This document shows, one piece after another, positions 51,520 through 63,665 of a stretch of 64,000 nt of DNA. A program made the translations under genes and the position numbers. The DNA is from Octopus bimaculoides. Taxonomy: Eukaryota. The stretch lies in NCBI RefSeq assembly GCF_001194135.2, contig NC_069005.1:19161260-19225259 (forward strand), in the 5' to 3' direction. Every line of letters begins with the position of its first letter. The first letter of the stretch is position 1. Below the pieces are notes generated by a model that saw only the letters and a program-made list of their open reading frames with translations, made no database searches and had not been told where the DNA came from.

Positions 51520-51930
51520 GTGGGTGTGTGGTAAGTAGCTTGCTTACCAACCACATGGTTCCAGGTTCAGTCCCACTGCGTGGCACCTTGGGCAAGTGTC
51601 TTCTACTATAGCCTCAGGCCGACCAAAGCCTTGTGAATGGATTTGGTAGACGGGAACTGAAAGAAACCCGTCGTATATATGTATATATATATATATATAT
51701 ATNNNNNNNNNNNNNNNNNNNNNNNNNNNNNNNNNNNNNNNNNNNNNNNNNNNNNNNNNNNNNNNNNNNNNNNNNNNNNNTTGATAACCAATGGTGGTGT
51801 GTTTACGTCCCCGTAACTTAGAGGTTCGGCAAAAGAGACCGATAGAATAAGTCCTGGGGTCTATTTGCTCGACTAAAGGCGTTGCTCCAGCATGGCCACA
51901 GTCAAATGACTGAAACAAGTAAAAAGAGAG
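51520..51930 (+). mobile_element. Young SINE family A spanning a gap
   Basis: TGTGTGGTAAGTAGCTTGCTTACCAACCACATGG...GACTGAAACAAGTAAAAAGAG. Confidence 0.9.
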
Positions 51931-51989
51931 ACATACATGTGTGTGTGTGTGTGTGATGACTGTTCACTTGTGACTGAAGAAGACCATCA

Positions 51990-52260
51990 CTGACCATTAA
52001 GAAACATTGTACACCAGACAAAAGTATACTTTACACATGTGGCTCCACTGGTGACTAAAGAGCCCAGCTCTTGATATACATACAGGCCCACAAATATTGC
52101 AGACCAAGTTTCCCCCATTCACTAACAGGTGTGTTTTTGGGTTTTCAAAAATACCTACTCCTTCTTTTAGTTGTTTCTTCCATTTGTGACAATGCAAGCA
52201 TTGCTTTCCTAGTTGACCTTTCATATTTCTCATACCTTCAACAAGGACTTGAGCCAATCC
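51990..52260 (-). mobile_element. RTE/BovB-like LINE 3' end with C2H2-like motif
   Basis: LVCNICGPVCISRAGLFSHQWSH. Confidence 0.7.
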
Positions 52261-52363
52261 TTCTTACATTTTGTTCTCAAATAGCTAATGTGTGAGTGAG
52301 GCCATATATGTGTCATACCTAATGTATACATGCTCTCAAGTATGACACAAAAATAGCTATTTT

Positions 52364-52989
52364 GGATCTATTTCAAAACGGGGGCACCAGTTTTCATTTA
52401 TGTTTTATGTAGTGTTTTTGGTACCGAAAGACTTTCAAACTTCGTATACTTATCTATTTTGTGTTATAGAACAGAAAAAAATTTTTGTATTCGAATTTAT
52501 TTCATGTAAAAAAATTGTCTTATTTCGATAATTTCTACTAATCACTGACGTCTATTCAGTTGAAAACAGTTAGCGCTGTAACGGTGTATATCATATTAAT
52601 CCCCTAACCCTAACCCTAAAACTATCCCTAACTCTAGAATCCGAACTCTAAAATTGTTACACACATAGATACGCACAGCATAATTTATTATATAAACAAT
52701 ATATGCGTATAAATTACGATTAAACCGGATGAAATATGCCACAGGGAATAACATTTTTATGACCGCCAAGCAGTAACTCTATTCAGCTGAATAGACGTCA
52801 GTGACTGGTTGAAATTACAGAAATACAACAACTTTAACATGGAATAACTTGCGATGTACGTTTTTTTGTTAAGAAGACTAAGAGTAAAAGATGTTTTATA
52901 TGACACATTCTACCAGTGTCCCAAGTATCAAAGTGTTTCGTTAGTGTTTCGCTAAGAAAATACTGGTGCCCCCGTTTTGAAATAGACCC
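52364..52989. mobile_element. 626-bp non-autonomous TIR (foldback-like) DNA transposon with internal CCCTAA repeats
   Basis: 28-bp TIR GG(A/G)TCTATTTCAAAACGGGGGCACCAGT; 8-bp flanks GCTATTTT / GATATTTT (7/8 match, TSD-like); arms remain inverted-similar for about 200 bp. Confidence 0.85.
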
Positions 52990-53091
52990 GATATTTTAAC
53001 TTTATACTGTTCCATATGCACATAGCAGACACACACACATGCACGCACGCACACACACACACACACACGTGTGTGTGTGTGTATGTATCTT

Positions 53092-53480
53092 TTATTTTTT
53101 ACTTGTTTCAGTCATTTGTCTGTGGCCATGCTGGGGCACTGTCTTGAAGAGTTTTAGTTGAACAAATTAACCCCCAGGACTTATTTTTTTAAGCCTGATC
53201 CTTATTCTATAGGTCTTTTTTGCCGAACCACCAAGTTACAGGGATGTAAACACACCAATACTGGTTGTCAAGTAGTAGTGAGAGACAAACACAGACACAA
53301 TAACATGCATACATATATATATGACAGGCTTCTTTCAGTTTCTGTCTACCAAATCCACTCCTAAGGCTTTGGTTGGCCTGAGACTTTAGAAGACACTTGC
53401 CCAATATGCTACACAGTGGGTTGAACATGGAATCATGTAGTTTCAAAGCAGGCTTCTTATCACACAGTCATGCCTGTACC
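53092..53480 (-). mobile_element. SINE family A
   Basis: Full-length reverse copy. Confidence 0.9.
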
Positions 53481-53958
53481 TGTGTGTGTGTATAAGTAAG
53501 CACAGAGATGCAAAAGAAGATGGGGAAGATAGTACTTGAATACCAAAGGTAGAGTAAAATACTGTTTTATCAAAGCCCCCCAAAAAGACCTCCACAAACT
53601 GTTACTCATCAGACTATTGTGCTAATACATTAGTATATATATAATAAAAGAATATATATCGTTTAGAATTGCATATTGGAAATACAGTAGCCCAGCATTA
53701 AGGTGTTGGGGAAGTTCTCTCTTCTTCCTTTCTTCTTGGATTACAATACTTGTTATTTGTGAATATATAGTGGAGTTTCTATAAATGAAAACAATCTGTT
53801 TCAGACTGATGTTCATTAACCAAATTGTTCGTTATATGAATAATTGAAATACATATAAATAGGATTTTGTCTCAAGCTACACTCAAAATCCACATACAGG
53901 CATGAAATGATGTTTTATCTGTTCATCCATCAATAGCAAATATATAAGCATGTTTATA

Positions 53959-54178
53959 TACAAGGGTGTGCTGAAAAGTTCCTGGTTTGGGGTAAAAAAA
54001 AATACAGGAGGATCAATTAATTATGATTTTATTGAACATATTCTTCTCTCAAATTCACGCACTTATTGCAGCAGTCCTTCAATTTTTCTAAGCCCTGTAA
54101 AAGTACTCAGAAAGTTGTGCCTCCAACCAGGCCTTCACACTACCCTTAAAGCCAGGAACTTTTCAGCATCCCTTTTTA
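53959..54178. mobile_element. Tc1/mariner-type MITE
   Basis: TIR TACAAGGGTGTGCTGAAAAGTTCCTGG / CCAGGAACTTTTCAGCATCCCTT in TA context. Confidence 0.85.
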
Positions 54179-55162
54179 TATGTATGTATGTGCATGCACA
54201 CTTTTCTCTTTAAGATATGTCTTGATCCATATTTTTAACTATGAGATATATTACATTTATGTATTTGTTTTGCAAGATTCTTTATGTGAAAACATGTTTT
54301 GAACCAGATATTGTTATAGTTGGTGGGGGGGGGGCATCTTTTGCCATTTACACAAACAATACTGACATTGACAATATGCACAAAGACAGTGACACCATGA
54401 CCACCACCAAAAGCAATAGAAATAACAATAGAGACAACCAGAAAGATGGCAACCAGAAACTGATTGGACAAAAGAAAATAATAAAAAAAAAAAATGAAGA
54501 AAAATAGTGCATGTGTTCAATTGGCAAAATATGACCATCCCCAAGAATAACAATATGAGAAATATTATTTTTTTAATAACATATGAAGTGTGTACATGGG
54601 CATTAACAAACCACTTGTAAACTGTCTCTGAGCCACTTACATGTGTATGTTGTCTACTCATGGTTTGTTGTTCAAATTTCTGCTTGTTGGCTGGATATAA
54701 CTTTCTTCAGGAAAAACTGTTTGCTCTACAATTCCTTCATTTAGTGTACTGATCATATAAGCTCTCCCAGTACTAATATGCATGTGTAGTGTACTCTGTG
54801 GCTCTTTAAATTTCAGCTCATGAAGCAAATGGACATTCAGTCACTTGTACACGTGCATCGTCTGCCTGTTGTTTGTTGATCAGATTTCAGCTTGTTATGC
54901 AAGTTTTCAATAAAACCATTTGTTATTCAATTTGTCTGTTTAAAGTAGGATCATTTGTATATGATTAACCTACTGCATAGGTTTCCATGACTTCTTTTTA
55001 ACTTCATCCTCCTTTATTGCCCATTTTCTATGCTGGCATATGTTGGATGGTTTTATAGGAGCTGGCTTCAGTCTGTTTTGACATGGTTTTTATGGCTAGA
55101 TGCCCTTCCTAATGGCAACTCCTGAGAAAATTTATATATTTTTTTTACTGAAATGGTACAAG

Positions 55163-55535
55163 CATGCCTGTGTGGATAAGAAGCTTGCTTCCCAACCATG
55201 TGGTTTTGAGTTCAGTCCCACTGCATGGTACCTTGGGCAAGTGTCTTCTACTATAACCCCAATCCAACCAAAGCCTTGGGAGTAGATTTGGTAGACAAAA
55301 GTGGGAAGAAGAAAATATTCTGTGTGCATGTGTAACTGTGTATGTTAGAGTTTGTTCCCTACTACTACTTGTCAACTGGTGTTGGTTTGTTTACTTCTCA
55401 TTAACATAATAGTTCAGCAATAGAGACCAATAGAATAAGTATCAGGTTTTAAAATGAAGTACTGGGGTTGATTTGTTTGACTAACTCCTTCCAGACAGTG
55501 CTCCAGCAAGGCCACAACCCAACAACTGAAACACA
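55163..55535 (+). mobile_element. SINE family A (further + copies 57475-57650, 59280-59645, 60008-60195; - copy 58880-59012)
   Basis: Family A head, core and tail motifs. Confidence 0.85.
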
Positions 55536-56057
55536 AAAATATAAACAAACAATGGATACGATGTAGATGTTCTCCATAGTATTTGTTGTCAAAAGCTGAT
55601 TTCAGTGTTCCATGCCCCACCAGTGGTCAGCAAATTCTGTGATGCAAAGCCGCTTAAATTCATATCACCCAAATGATTACAGTAATATGATTACAGTGGT
55701 TGTGGTTGTGGTTTGTGGGGGTATGATTGTAATTTAGAGCTAATCCAGTTTTTATATATCTAGGTCATCTCCCTCTCTCTTTCCCCCTCTGAATACTGTA
55801 TGCATTGTTTCTTTACTGATTGTAAGTCATTTTTACAAGTGTAGGTGTGTCTGTATGTATACCTCTGTGTGTGTGTGTGATGCCATGTCTACATGTATCT
55901 GTATATATCTATAAGCATCTACTCATGTTACTGTAAGCATTTACTCATGTTGTGTGTGTGTGTGTATAAAATTATCCATTTATACACTTTAAATGTCCAG
56001 TAATCTTTCAGGATCTTGTATTATTTTAACATTCTCCTCTATTTTGCCCACACACAT

Positions 56058-56097
<40 letters not shown>

Positions 56098-56510
56098 TCC
56101 CTCTCTCTCTTTCTTAGTATAGAAGCTTCTATACTATTGGTTGCAGATTATTACAGACTGAAGGATTTTGTAATAAATATTATTGTGAACATTAGTGAAA
56201 GGGAACATCAGTATATGCAGGCACTGTCATTGTTCAATTCATGTCTTTGAGGGGGTGGGCATACATCATCTACCTTGTTTTTTTCCCTGTTAACCAGTCA
56301 TTTGCTTTATATTATTTATTTATTGTCGACATCATTAGAATTTATAAACATTGAGAGTGGTGGTGGGGTATAATTTTGCTTTTTTTTTGTTTTTGTGAAT
56401 AGCAAATCTCAAAGCAGATAGCTACAAGTAACAGCTTGTAAATATTGGGTTCCCTCTGGAAAGAGAGATGCAAAGATTTGCTTCTGTCCAATGGCAGAAT
56501 GCCTATCATG

Positions 56511-56910
56511 TTTACAGAAGATGTGAGTTCAAATCCCACAAGCAATGTTTGACTAAAGGGGTTTTTTAACCCAATATTTACACCCTATTATTTGTAGCAT
56601 TATCTGCTTCAAGTGTCACCATTCCAAAAAAGAATTACTTGATGTTCTCTTGAAGTTTCTAAATTCTTATGATGTCAACAACTTACAATGCTTGCTAGTA
56701 TGAATAAAATTTCAAGTATGGATAGAAAACTTCGAAGGATTGCTTTGATCCAAGAGTAGAACATCTGTTATATTTACAAGAGATAAGGGTTCAGATCCCA
56801 CAGGCAATCTTCAAGCTTTTCTATCCAAAGGGTTTTTTTAACCCAATATCTACAGTACACATTATTTATAGCTTTATTTGCTTCAAGATTCACCATTCCA
56901 AAAAAAATTA
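56511..56910 (+). repeat. Diverged direct duplication (period about 262 nt) of a B-box-containing repeat; third copy at about 116-187
   Basis: TTTACA...GAGTTCAAATCCCACA...GGGTTTTTTAACCCAATAT...CTTCAAG...CACCATTCCAAAAAA at 56511 and 56773. Confidence 0.75.
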
Positions 56911-56978
56911 TATTTTTATTTTTTACATTAGTAGATATTTAATGATGATAATAATTTGTTTGTCATTTTACATTTCAG

Positions 56979-57384
56979 AATGGAAAGCCATCATTAAGTT
57001 TGAAACTTTCTGAAAATTCCTACCTCAATAAAAAACAACACTTATGGTTACTAAATGGCGATGCTAAGCCAGTGAATAGCGTGAATGCAAGCAACAGCTT
57101 GGTATGGGACAGCAACTGTCTTGAAATGTCCACTTATGGCACGGAGACTGTGTCTCCGTCAAGGAAGAAAATGCTACCAATGGCTGATTATTGCCTTTCT
57201 GAGGCTGAAGGTCTCAATTACCCTTTACTGAGGGACATGTCAAGCTCCAGTTGCGTTGATGCTGATGGTTTATCCAGTGCTTACCCCATTGATCTGGATG
57301 GTGGCATGTTGAGTCTAGAGTCAGAAACTGCTGCTGATAAGAATAAAACAGCCGATAAGAAGTCCAAAGGAAAACGGAAAAAGA
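56979..57384 (+). CDS. Coding exon (406 nt, phase 0-1): Ser/Asp-rich, probably disordered region ending in a Lys-rich NLS-like stretch
   Basis: Acceptor TTTTACATTTCAG|, 135 open codons NGKPSLSLKLSENSY...ETAADKNKTADKKSKGKRKK, donor AGA|GTAAGT. Phase matches exon 16804-17019. Confidence 0.8.
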
Positions 57385-57963
57385 GTAAGTATTCGTTTTA
57401 AGAGTGTATGTGTCTGTGTGCATGCGCATTCAATCATTTGTACATGCATCTGTATCTCTGTAGTAATTATGAGTACATGTGTGGTAAAGGAGCATGCTTT
57501 GCAACCATGTGGTCTTGACTTCAGCCCCACTGTTTGGCACCTTAAGCAAGTGTTTTCTACTATAGTCTCAGACCAACCAAAGCTTTGTGAATGGACTTAG
57601 TAGATGGAAACTGAAAGAAGCCCATCGTGTGTGTGTGTGTGTGTGTGTATACACATACATACCCTTATATAATCACTGGAAAGTGGTTGGTGTTAGGAAA
57701 TGCATCCAGCTATAGAAACCATTCCAAAACTAAGGCTCAAGCTCTACACAGCCTTGTAGCTTGCCAGATCCTATCAAACTGTCTAACTCAAGCTAGCATG
57801 GAGAACGGACATTGAATGACGATTGTGATGATGATATAAATGTGTATGTGTGTACCTTTGTCTTGACAGCTTGTGATGTTTGTAAACAGCATTTTAATGA
57901 CAGGTGTAGAAATCAGAATAATTAAATAAACTGAACGAGACAAAAAAAAAAAAACCTAGTGTG

Positions 57964-58023
<60 letters not shown>

Positions 58024-59796
58024 CAGATACATTATCATCATCATTGTCATCTAACATTCACTTTTCCATGCTTGCATGGGTCAGATAGATTTTATTGAAG
58101 CAGACTTTTCTATGGCTGAATGTTCTTCCTGTCACCAACCATCACCTGTTTGCAAAGTAGCATTTCCTCCATTGTCAGACATGGTTTTCATAGAAGACTG
58201 GAAATGAGCAACATAGCTTTGTATTACAGCAAACTACAAGCTCAATATGAGTGGGTGACCCGAGGGAAGGTGGGGACAGGGTGTGCTTGTCAAGTAACAA
58301 GCATGTACTACTCTTCGTTTTTCTTCAGATCAAAAAACCATGTTCCATGTGTCATGATATACATGGCCATGAGATTACCAGCAATAACAACAATAAAATA
58401 TGCATAGAATTAGTGAAGCTAATTGGATTGGTGGATTAAATTACAATCTAGATCTATCAATAAATACAGTGTGAATTATCTAGCATCAACAGGATTTCAG
58501 TTTACACATCAACCAATAGAAATTTCATTATTAAAAACAAATATATGAATTGTATGTTTTTTTTTTTTGTTTTTTTAAAATTTTTTTGTAATGAGCATCA
58601 TTTAATGCTTTCATCATCATCATCACTGTTGTCATTGTTTTAACATCTGCTTTTCTATGCTTGCATGAATCAGACGAGATGCATTGAGGCAAAATTTTCA
58701 ATAATCAGATGCCTTTTCTGTCATTAACCTTCACTTGCTTGACAAGCAAGGTAATATTTCCCAATGATCAGGCATGTTATCATGGAGGATTGGAAACAAA
58801 TGACACTGCTTGTATAACAGTGATACTCATTTACAACTACCACATGATATCGAGATTAGGCACAAATGCAAACATATGATAGACTTCTTTTTCAGTTTTC
58901 GTCTATGAAATCCACTCACAAAGCCTTGTGAGTGGATTTGGTACAGAGCTATTGTAGAAGACTACCTGGAACCATGTGGTTGAAAGGCAAAGTTCTTTAG
59001 CACACAGCCATACAAAATGAATAGTAGGGAGATGGCAAAACCTTAACAGTTTGTGCATTACAAGCCAATGGCTAGAGCCTCTGTGTAATTGCTTATACTG
59101 TTAAGAACAGCAGCCAAGTCTCAAATCCTATTCTATTACCTTAAATCATTGAAGGTTGCATTGGATAATCTGATCATAGATATATTGTTTGACAAAAAAA
59201 AAATTAATAAGAATAAAAAAGAACTGATGATTATAACAGAAACATCAGTTCATCATGTATCTGGTTCATTGGGGCTGGGGGCTGGCTGTGTGGTAAGAAG
59301 TTTGCTTCTCAACCACTTTTTTTGGTTCAGTCCAGCTGTGTGGCACCTTGGGCAGGTGTCTTCTACTACAGACCTGGGCCAACCAGAGTGGATTTAGTTG
59401 ACAGAAACTGAAAGAAGCCCATTGTGTGTGTGTGTGTTTTTTGTGTTTGTCTCCTACCACTACTTGACAACTGTTGTTGCTTTGTTTATATCCCTGTAAC
59501 TTAGTGATTCAACATAAGAGTCTGACAGTATATCAGTGCCAGGCTTAAAATATATAAGTACTGAGATTGATTTGTTCAACTAAAAACCCTTCAAGTTGGT
59601 TCCCCAGCATGGCCGTAGTGCAATGGCTGAAACAAGTAAAAGATGAAAAACAAAAGAAATTTACACCTTTTGGTCAATGTAATCTTTGATAAGCTGTGTG
59701 AAAAAAGAAATGTATGGGATTCACATATACATATATATATATATNNNNNNNNNNNNNNNNNNNNNNNNNNNNNNNNNNNNNNNNNNNTATATATAA

Positions 59797-59945
59797 TTTT
59801 GGGTAAAACCTCCACTTTTACCCGCTCCCATTGATTGCACCTAGTATAGCACTAGTGTAGCAATAATTGGGTACCCTCCCAGCAGTATACTGGATAGATA
59901 CTATCCCTTAGTGGGTTGAACCCCCAACCCCTAACTCTCTCACGT
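59797..59945. mobile_element. Multi-hairpin element end in (TA)n, Helentron/HINE-like architecture
   Basis: GGGTAAAA-7nt-TTTTACCC after TTTT, followed by further stem-loops and a microsatellite. Confidence 0.4.
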
Positions 59946-59955
59946 TATATATATC

Positions 59956-59995
<40 letters not shown>

Positions 59996-60432
59996 GCTAT
60001 ATTTATATTATAGCCTCAGGCCAACCAAAGCCTTGTGAGTATTTCGTACATGGAAACTGAAAGAAGACTGTCGTATATATGTTTATATTTGTGTGTGTCT
60101 CTGTTTGTACTCCCACCATTGCTTGACAACCGTTGTTGCTGTGTTTACATTCCCATAACTTAGCGGTTTGGCAAAAGACACTGGTAGAATAAAGTACTTC
60201 CTGTTGGCCTTGACAAGCATCTCCAACTAGCAAGCCATGCTACTCCAGACTGAAGACAAGAAACTAGTCTCTGGATGGTGGCTTAGCTGGGTGGAGGTGC
60301 TTGCTTATCTCTCCCTTGAAAACACAGGAAATGTATCAAGGCCAACAGGAAGCAATCCTGCTTCCTAGGGCTAAATAGCAGTAGTATTATTCCCTTCATG
60401 GAACTGTCACATTAAGTTGGCAGCATACAACT

Positions 60433-60478
<46 letters not shown>

Positions 60479-62201
60479 GGTTTTAGTGACGCAAATAGGA
60501 ACTTAGAACTCAAAACATGAGTATATATATGCTTTTGTTTAATTACATACACGTGTGTGTGCACTTGTTTTACTATCTTCTTACCTTGGCATCGTGTGAT
60601 AGTTGGAAGGAAGTATTACTGTTGTACAAGCAGTGTCCTTCATTTCAAATCTTCCATGGAAACATGTCTGATCATGGTGAAATATTACCTTTTTGGAATC
60701 AGATGAGTGTTGACAACAGGAATGGTATTTGGCAGTAGAAAATCTGCCTTGAGAAATTTCATCCAACTTGTGCCAGCATTGAAAGGTGGATGTTAAAAGA
60801 ATGATGATGGTGGTGGCCACATGTAAGTTGGCACCAGAAGGGTTAAAAGTGGCAATAATTATTAGAATATCAAAATATGTAAGTGTAAAATACTTGAAGA
60901 CTTTCACTATTTTTTGGCACGGGAAGTATAGAATTCTGATTTGTCTGCAAACTCTGCACCACCACCACCACCACCACCACCACCACTCAAACTTTCTGTG
61001 GTAGCTCTGTTTCTTCCTGTTTATAAACAATTAATAACAATTCTGTCGATTGTGGTAAACACCAGATATTTCTATTTCCTTCTTTTTGTCTATTATAAAA
61101 TGTTCAGACATCTACATCCATTTTTTTGATACTATTAGCCTCATCTTCAATTATTGTTTCAATCAATTTCAATGTTTCTCTGATGAGTCAGGACACCTGA
61201 TGATGATCAGAGATCAATCCAGTCGAAACATAATCTGGTCATAAATATGAATATTATAATATTTCATCTCTGAATACAATGTTAATCATCTAAAAAATGC
61301 ATATTAACCCCTTTGTCATCATATTTGTCTTGCAGTACATTGCCTTTGTTTCAATTAATTGTGAAAATGATAAAACATTTAGTAAAACACTTTGTCATTA
61401 AGATGGAGCATAAATCAACATAAAATGCTGATGAATAGTTTTACTTTACGTCACTTTAAACCTTCAGCATTTAAATTGGCCATATCCAGCCTAAATATTC
61501 TCCCTATTTTATGTTCAAATAAGCCAGATCCTACCTCTCACATCTACTGTATATCATTTTTAAAATAAACAGTCGAAAGCATTGGCATGGGTACTGGTGC
61601 CACATAAAAAACACTAGTGATGGTACCATGTAAAAAGCACCCAGTACACTCTGTAAAGTGGTTGGCATTAGGAAGGGGCATCCATTTGTAGAAACCAAGC
61701 CAAAACAGGCTGTGGAGCCTGGTGTGGCTCCTGTCCTTGCCAGTGCCTGTCAAGCCATCCAACCCATGCCAGCATAGAAAACAGACTTTAAATGTTGATG
61801 AAGACAATGTCATCATTGAAATCTTGAAGCAACAAGTTAATGCATGATTAATTCAAAACTCTGATTAAGAACGCTAATGGTTTAAAACAAGGAATTTCTA
61901 TCATAGAATCAGTGGTGATCTCAGGCAGGTTGATATCAAAAGGGTTGATAACTCATCAAAGATTGTTAACCTCTTTTGATTCCAACCCACTTGAGACTTC
62001 TCCTGGTTCTGTGATAAAAAAAAAAAGAACATCTTTAATGTATATGTGTAGTTTCTTTCACATATGCCGTGGTTGTTTTACAGGTACTCAAGGACCTCCA
62101 TTCCAAGATGTATTATTTTTCTCAGAAATTATACAGCAGTGGTTTCTCATTACCTTCTGCTGATGTATCTACAGTTTATAAGCACAGGGCTTATTCAACC
62201 C

Positions 62202-62423
62202 TTAACCCTTTAGAATTTAGATTTATCTGTCAAATGTAATGCTTATTTATCCATATTGTTTTGAATTCATCATGCATTCTCGTGGCTTTGAGATTTCAAT
62301 AATGTGATTGTTTATTTTTAGAATGACCTTGTATGAAAGGTGTGTGAGGCTGGATCTGGCCAGTTTGGACATAAAACAGAATATGTGGGCTGGATACAGC
62401 CGGTTTAAGTGTTATATGGTTAA
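62202..62423. mobile_element. piggyBac-like MITE
   Basis: TTAACCCTTTAG...GGTTAA; same family as 19502-19730. Confidence 0.75.
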
Positions 62424-62957
62424 GCAAGGGAACTGTTTGATGTGATATCAGGTCATATTCACACACCAGTGGGCTGTTTGACATACATCTAAGGGCAAGC
62501 TTCCTACTGAGTTCTGTATGTCTTAGCCACAGAACCTTCTGCTGTTTGACCCATAACTGAGACCCTTCACAGGTGCTAACACCCTGGGCCAGAGTAAACC
62601 TGGAAGTAGTGGTAACTGAGAGGCAACTCCATACTTCCCTAAACTATTGAACTCCCAAACTGGAGCCTCACCACCAGTTGCAATTTAATGCCTTACCCAG
62701 AACATTATAATGAGTAAATGAGTAATATTTCTTTAACCTAGAAATTGCGGGGTTTGCATCTCGGTTTGGTGAGTGTGATAAACACACTATTTCCTTCAAA
62801 TGGTTTTCTTTTGCCTCTTTTAATAGGGGATAAATTAAGCTGAGTAAAAACTGAAGTTGTTATTTTTGAAATCTATATCTTTTGAAGCATTTAATAATTA
62901 CAATCCTTTCTATTTAAATTTTTGCAAATAAATAATTAAATGACTGTGTGTGTATAT

Positions 62958-63009
<52 letters not shown>

Positions 63010-63289
63010 TCTCTTACTCGCACACACAATCCAGACATTTTGTTAATATGATACGAAAGGAAATGAAAGTTTCTTAGAAGAGACAGTTACACTAATGAGT
63101 TAACTGATTAAATATTTTAAAAGAAAAAAAACTTACAATTCTGGGGAAAATTAGCACTTAGTATCAAGTTGACTTCAAATATCCTGTATTAGTCTCTTAT
63201 TAGCCTCTTAGTATCATTATGTAGTAACATTAAAGTTTTGTATTTCATAAGTTTATACACAAGTTTTTATATATAGTTTTTCTTTTTGA

Positions 63290-63665
63290 TCTCTCACTTG
63301 TTTTAGTCATTAGACTGCAGCCATGTTGGGGTACTGCCTTGAAGAGTTTTAGTCAAACAAATTGACCCCAGGACTTAATTTCTTTTTCAAATCTGCTACT
63401 TATTTTATCAGTCTGTTTTGCTAAAGCTCTACATTATGGGGAGACATAAACAAACCAGTTGTGAAGTGGTGGACTCACACACACACATACACACACACAC
63501 ACACACACATATAAAAGACAGATGTCTTTCAGTTTCTATCTACTGTATGCACTCACAAGGGGTTTGGTCAGCCGAAGGCTATATAGTTGAAGGCACTTGC
63601 CCAAGGTGTAATGCAGTGGGTCTGAACTTGGAACCATGTTTGGGAGGCAAGCTTGTTACCACTTA
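63290..63665 (-). mobile_element. SINE family A
   Basis: Reverse copy with internal (CA)n. Confidence 0.85.

Larger units (their letters stand above)
17020..56978 (+). other. Putative 39,959-nt intron (or several introns)
   Basis: GT...AG boundaries of two phase-compatible exons; long T tracts in the unique sequence fall mostly on the + strand. Exons could be hidden in N gaps. Confidence 0.5.

Noticed and set aside
54241-54507. 88-aa N/D/K-rich ORF
   Set aside because: Degenerate AAC/GAC microsatellite with no splice signals.
57330-57384. Resemblance of TADKK...KRKKS to the RERE/atrophin N-terminus
   Set aside because: Low-complexity basic stretch; no BAH or other domain exon visible, so no gene symbol assigned.
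2342-63665. tRNA-like A/B boxes, and regularly spaced repeats suggesting tRNA genes or CRISPR
   Set aside because: They are SINE heads without cloverleaf folds; there is no constant-repeat/unique-spacer array and no cas genes.
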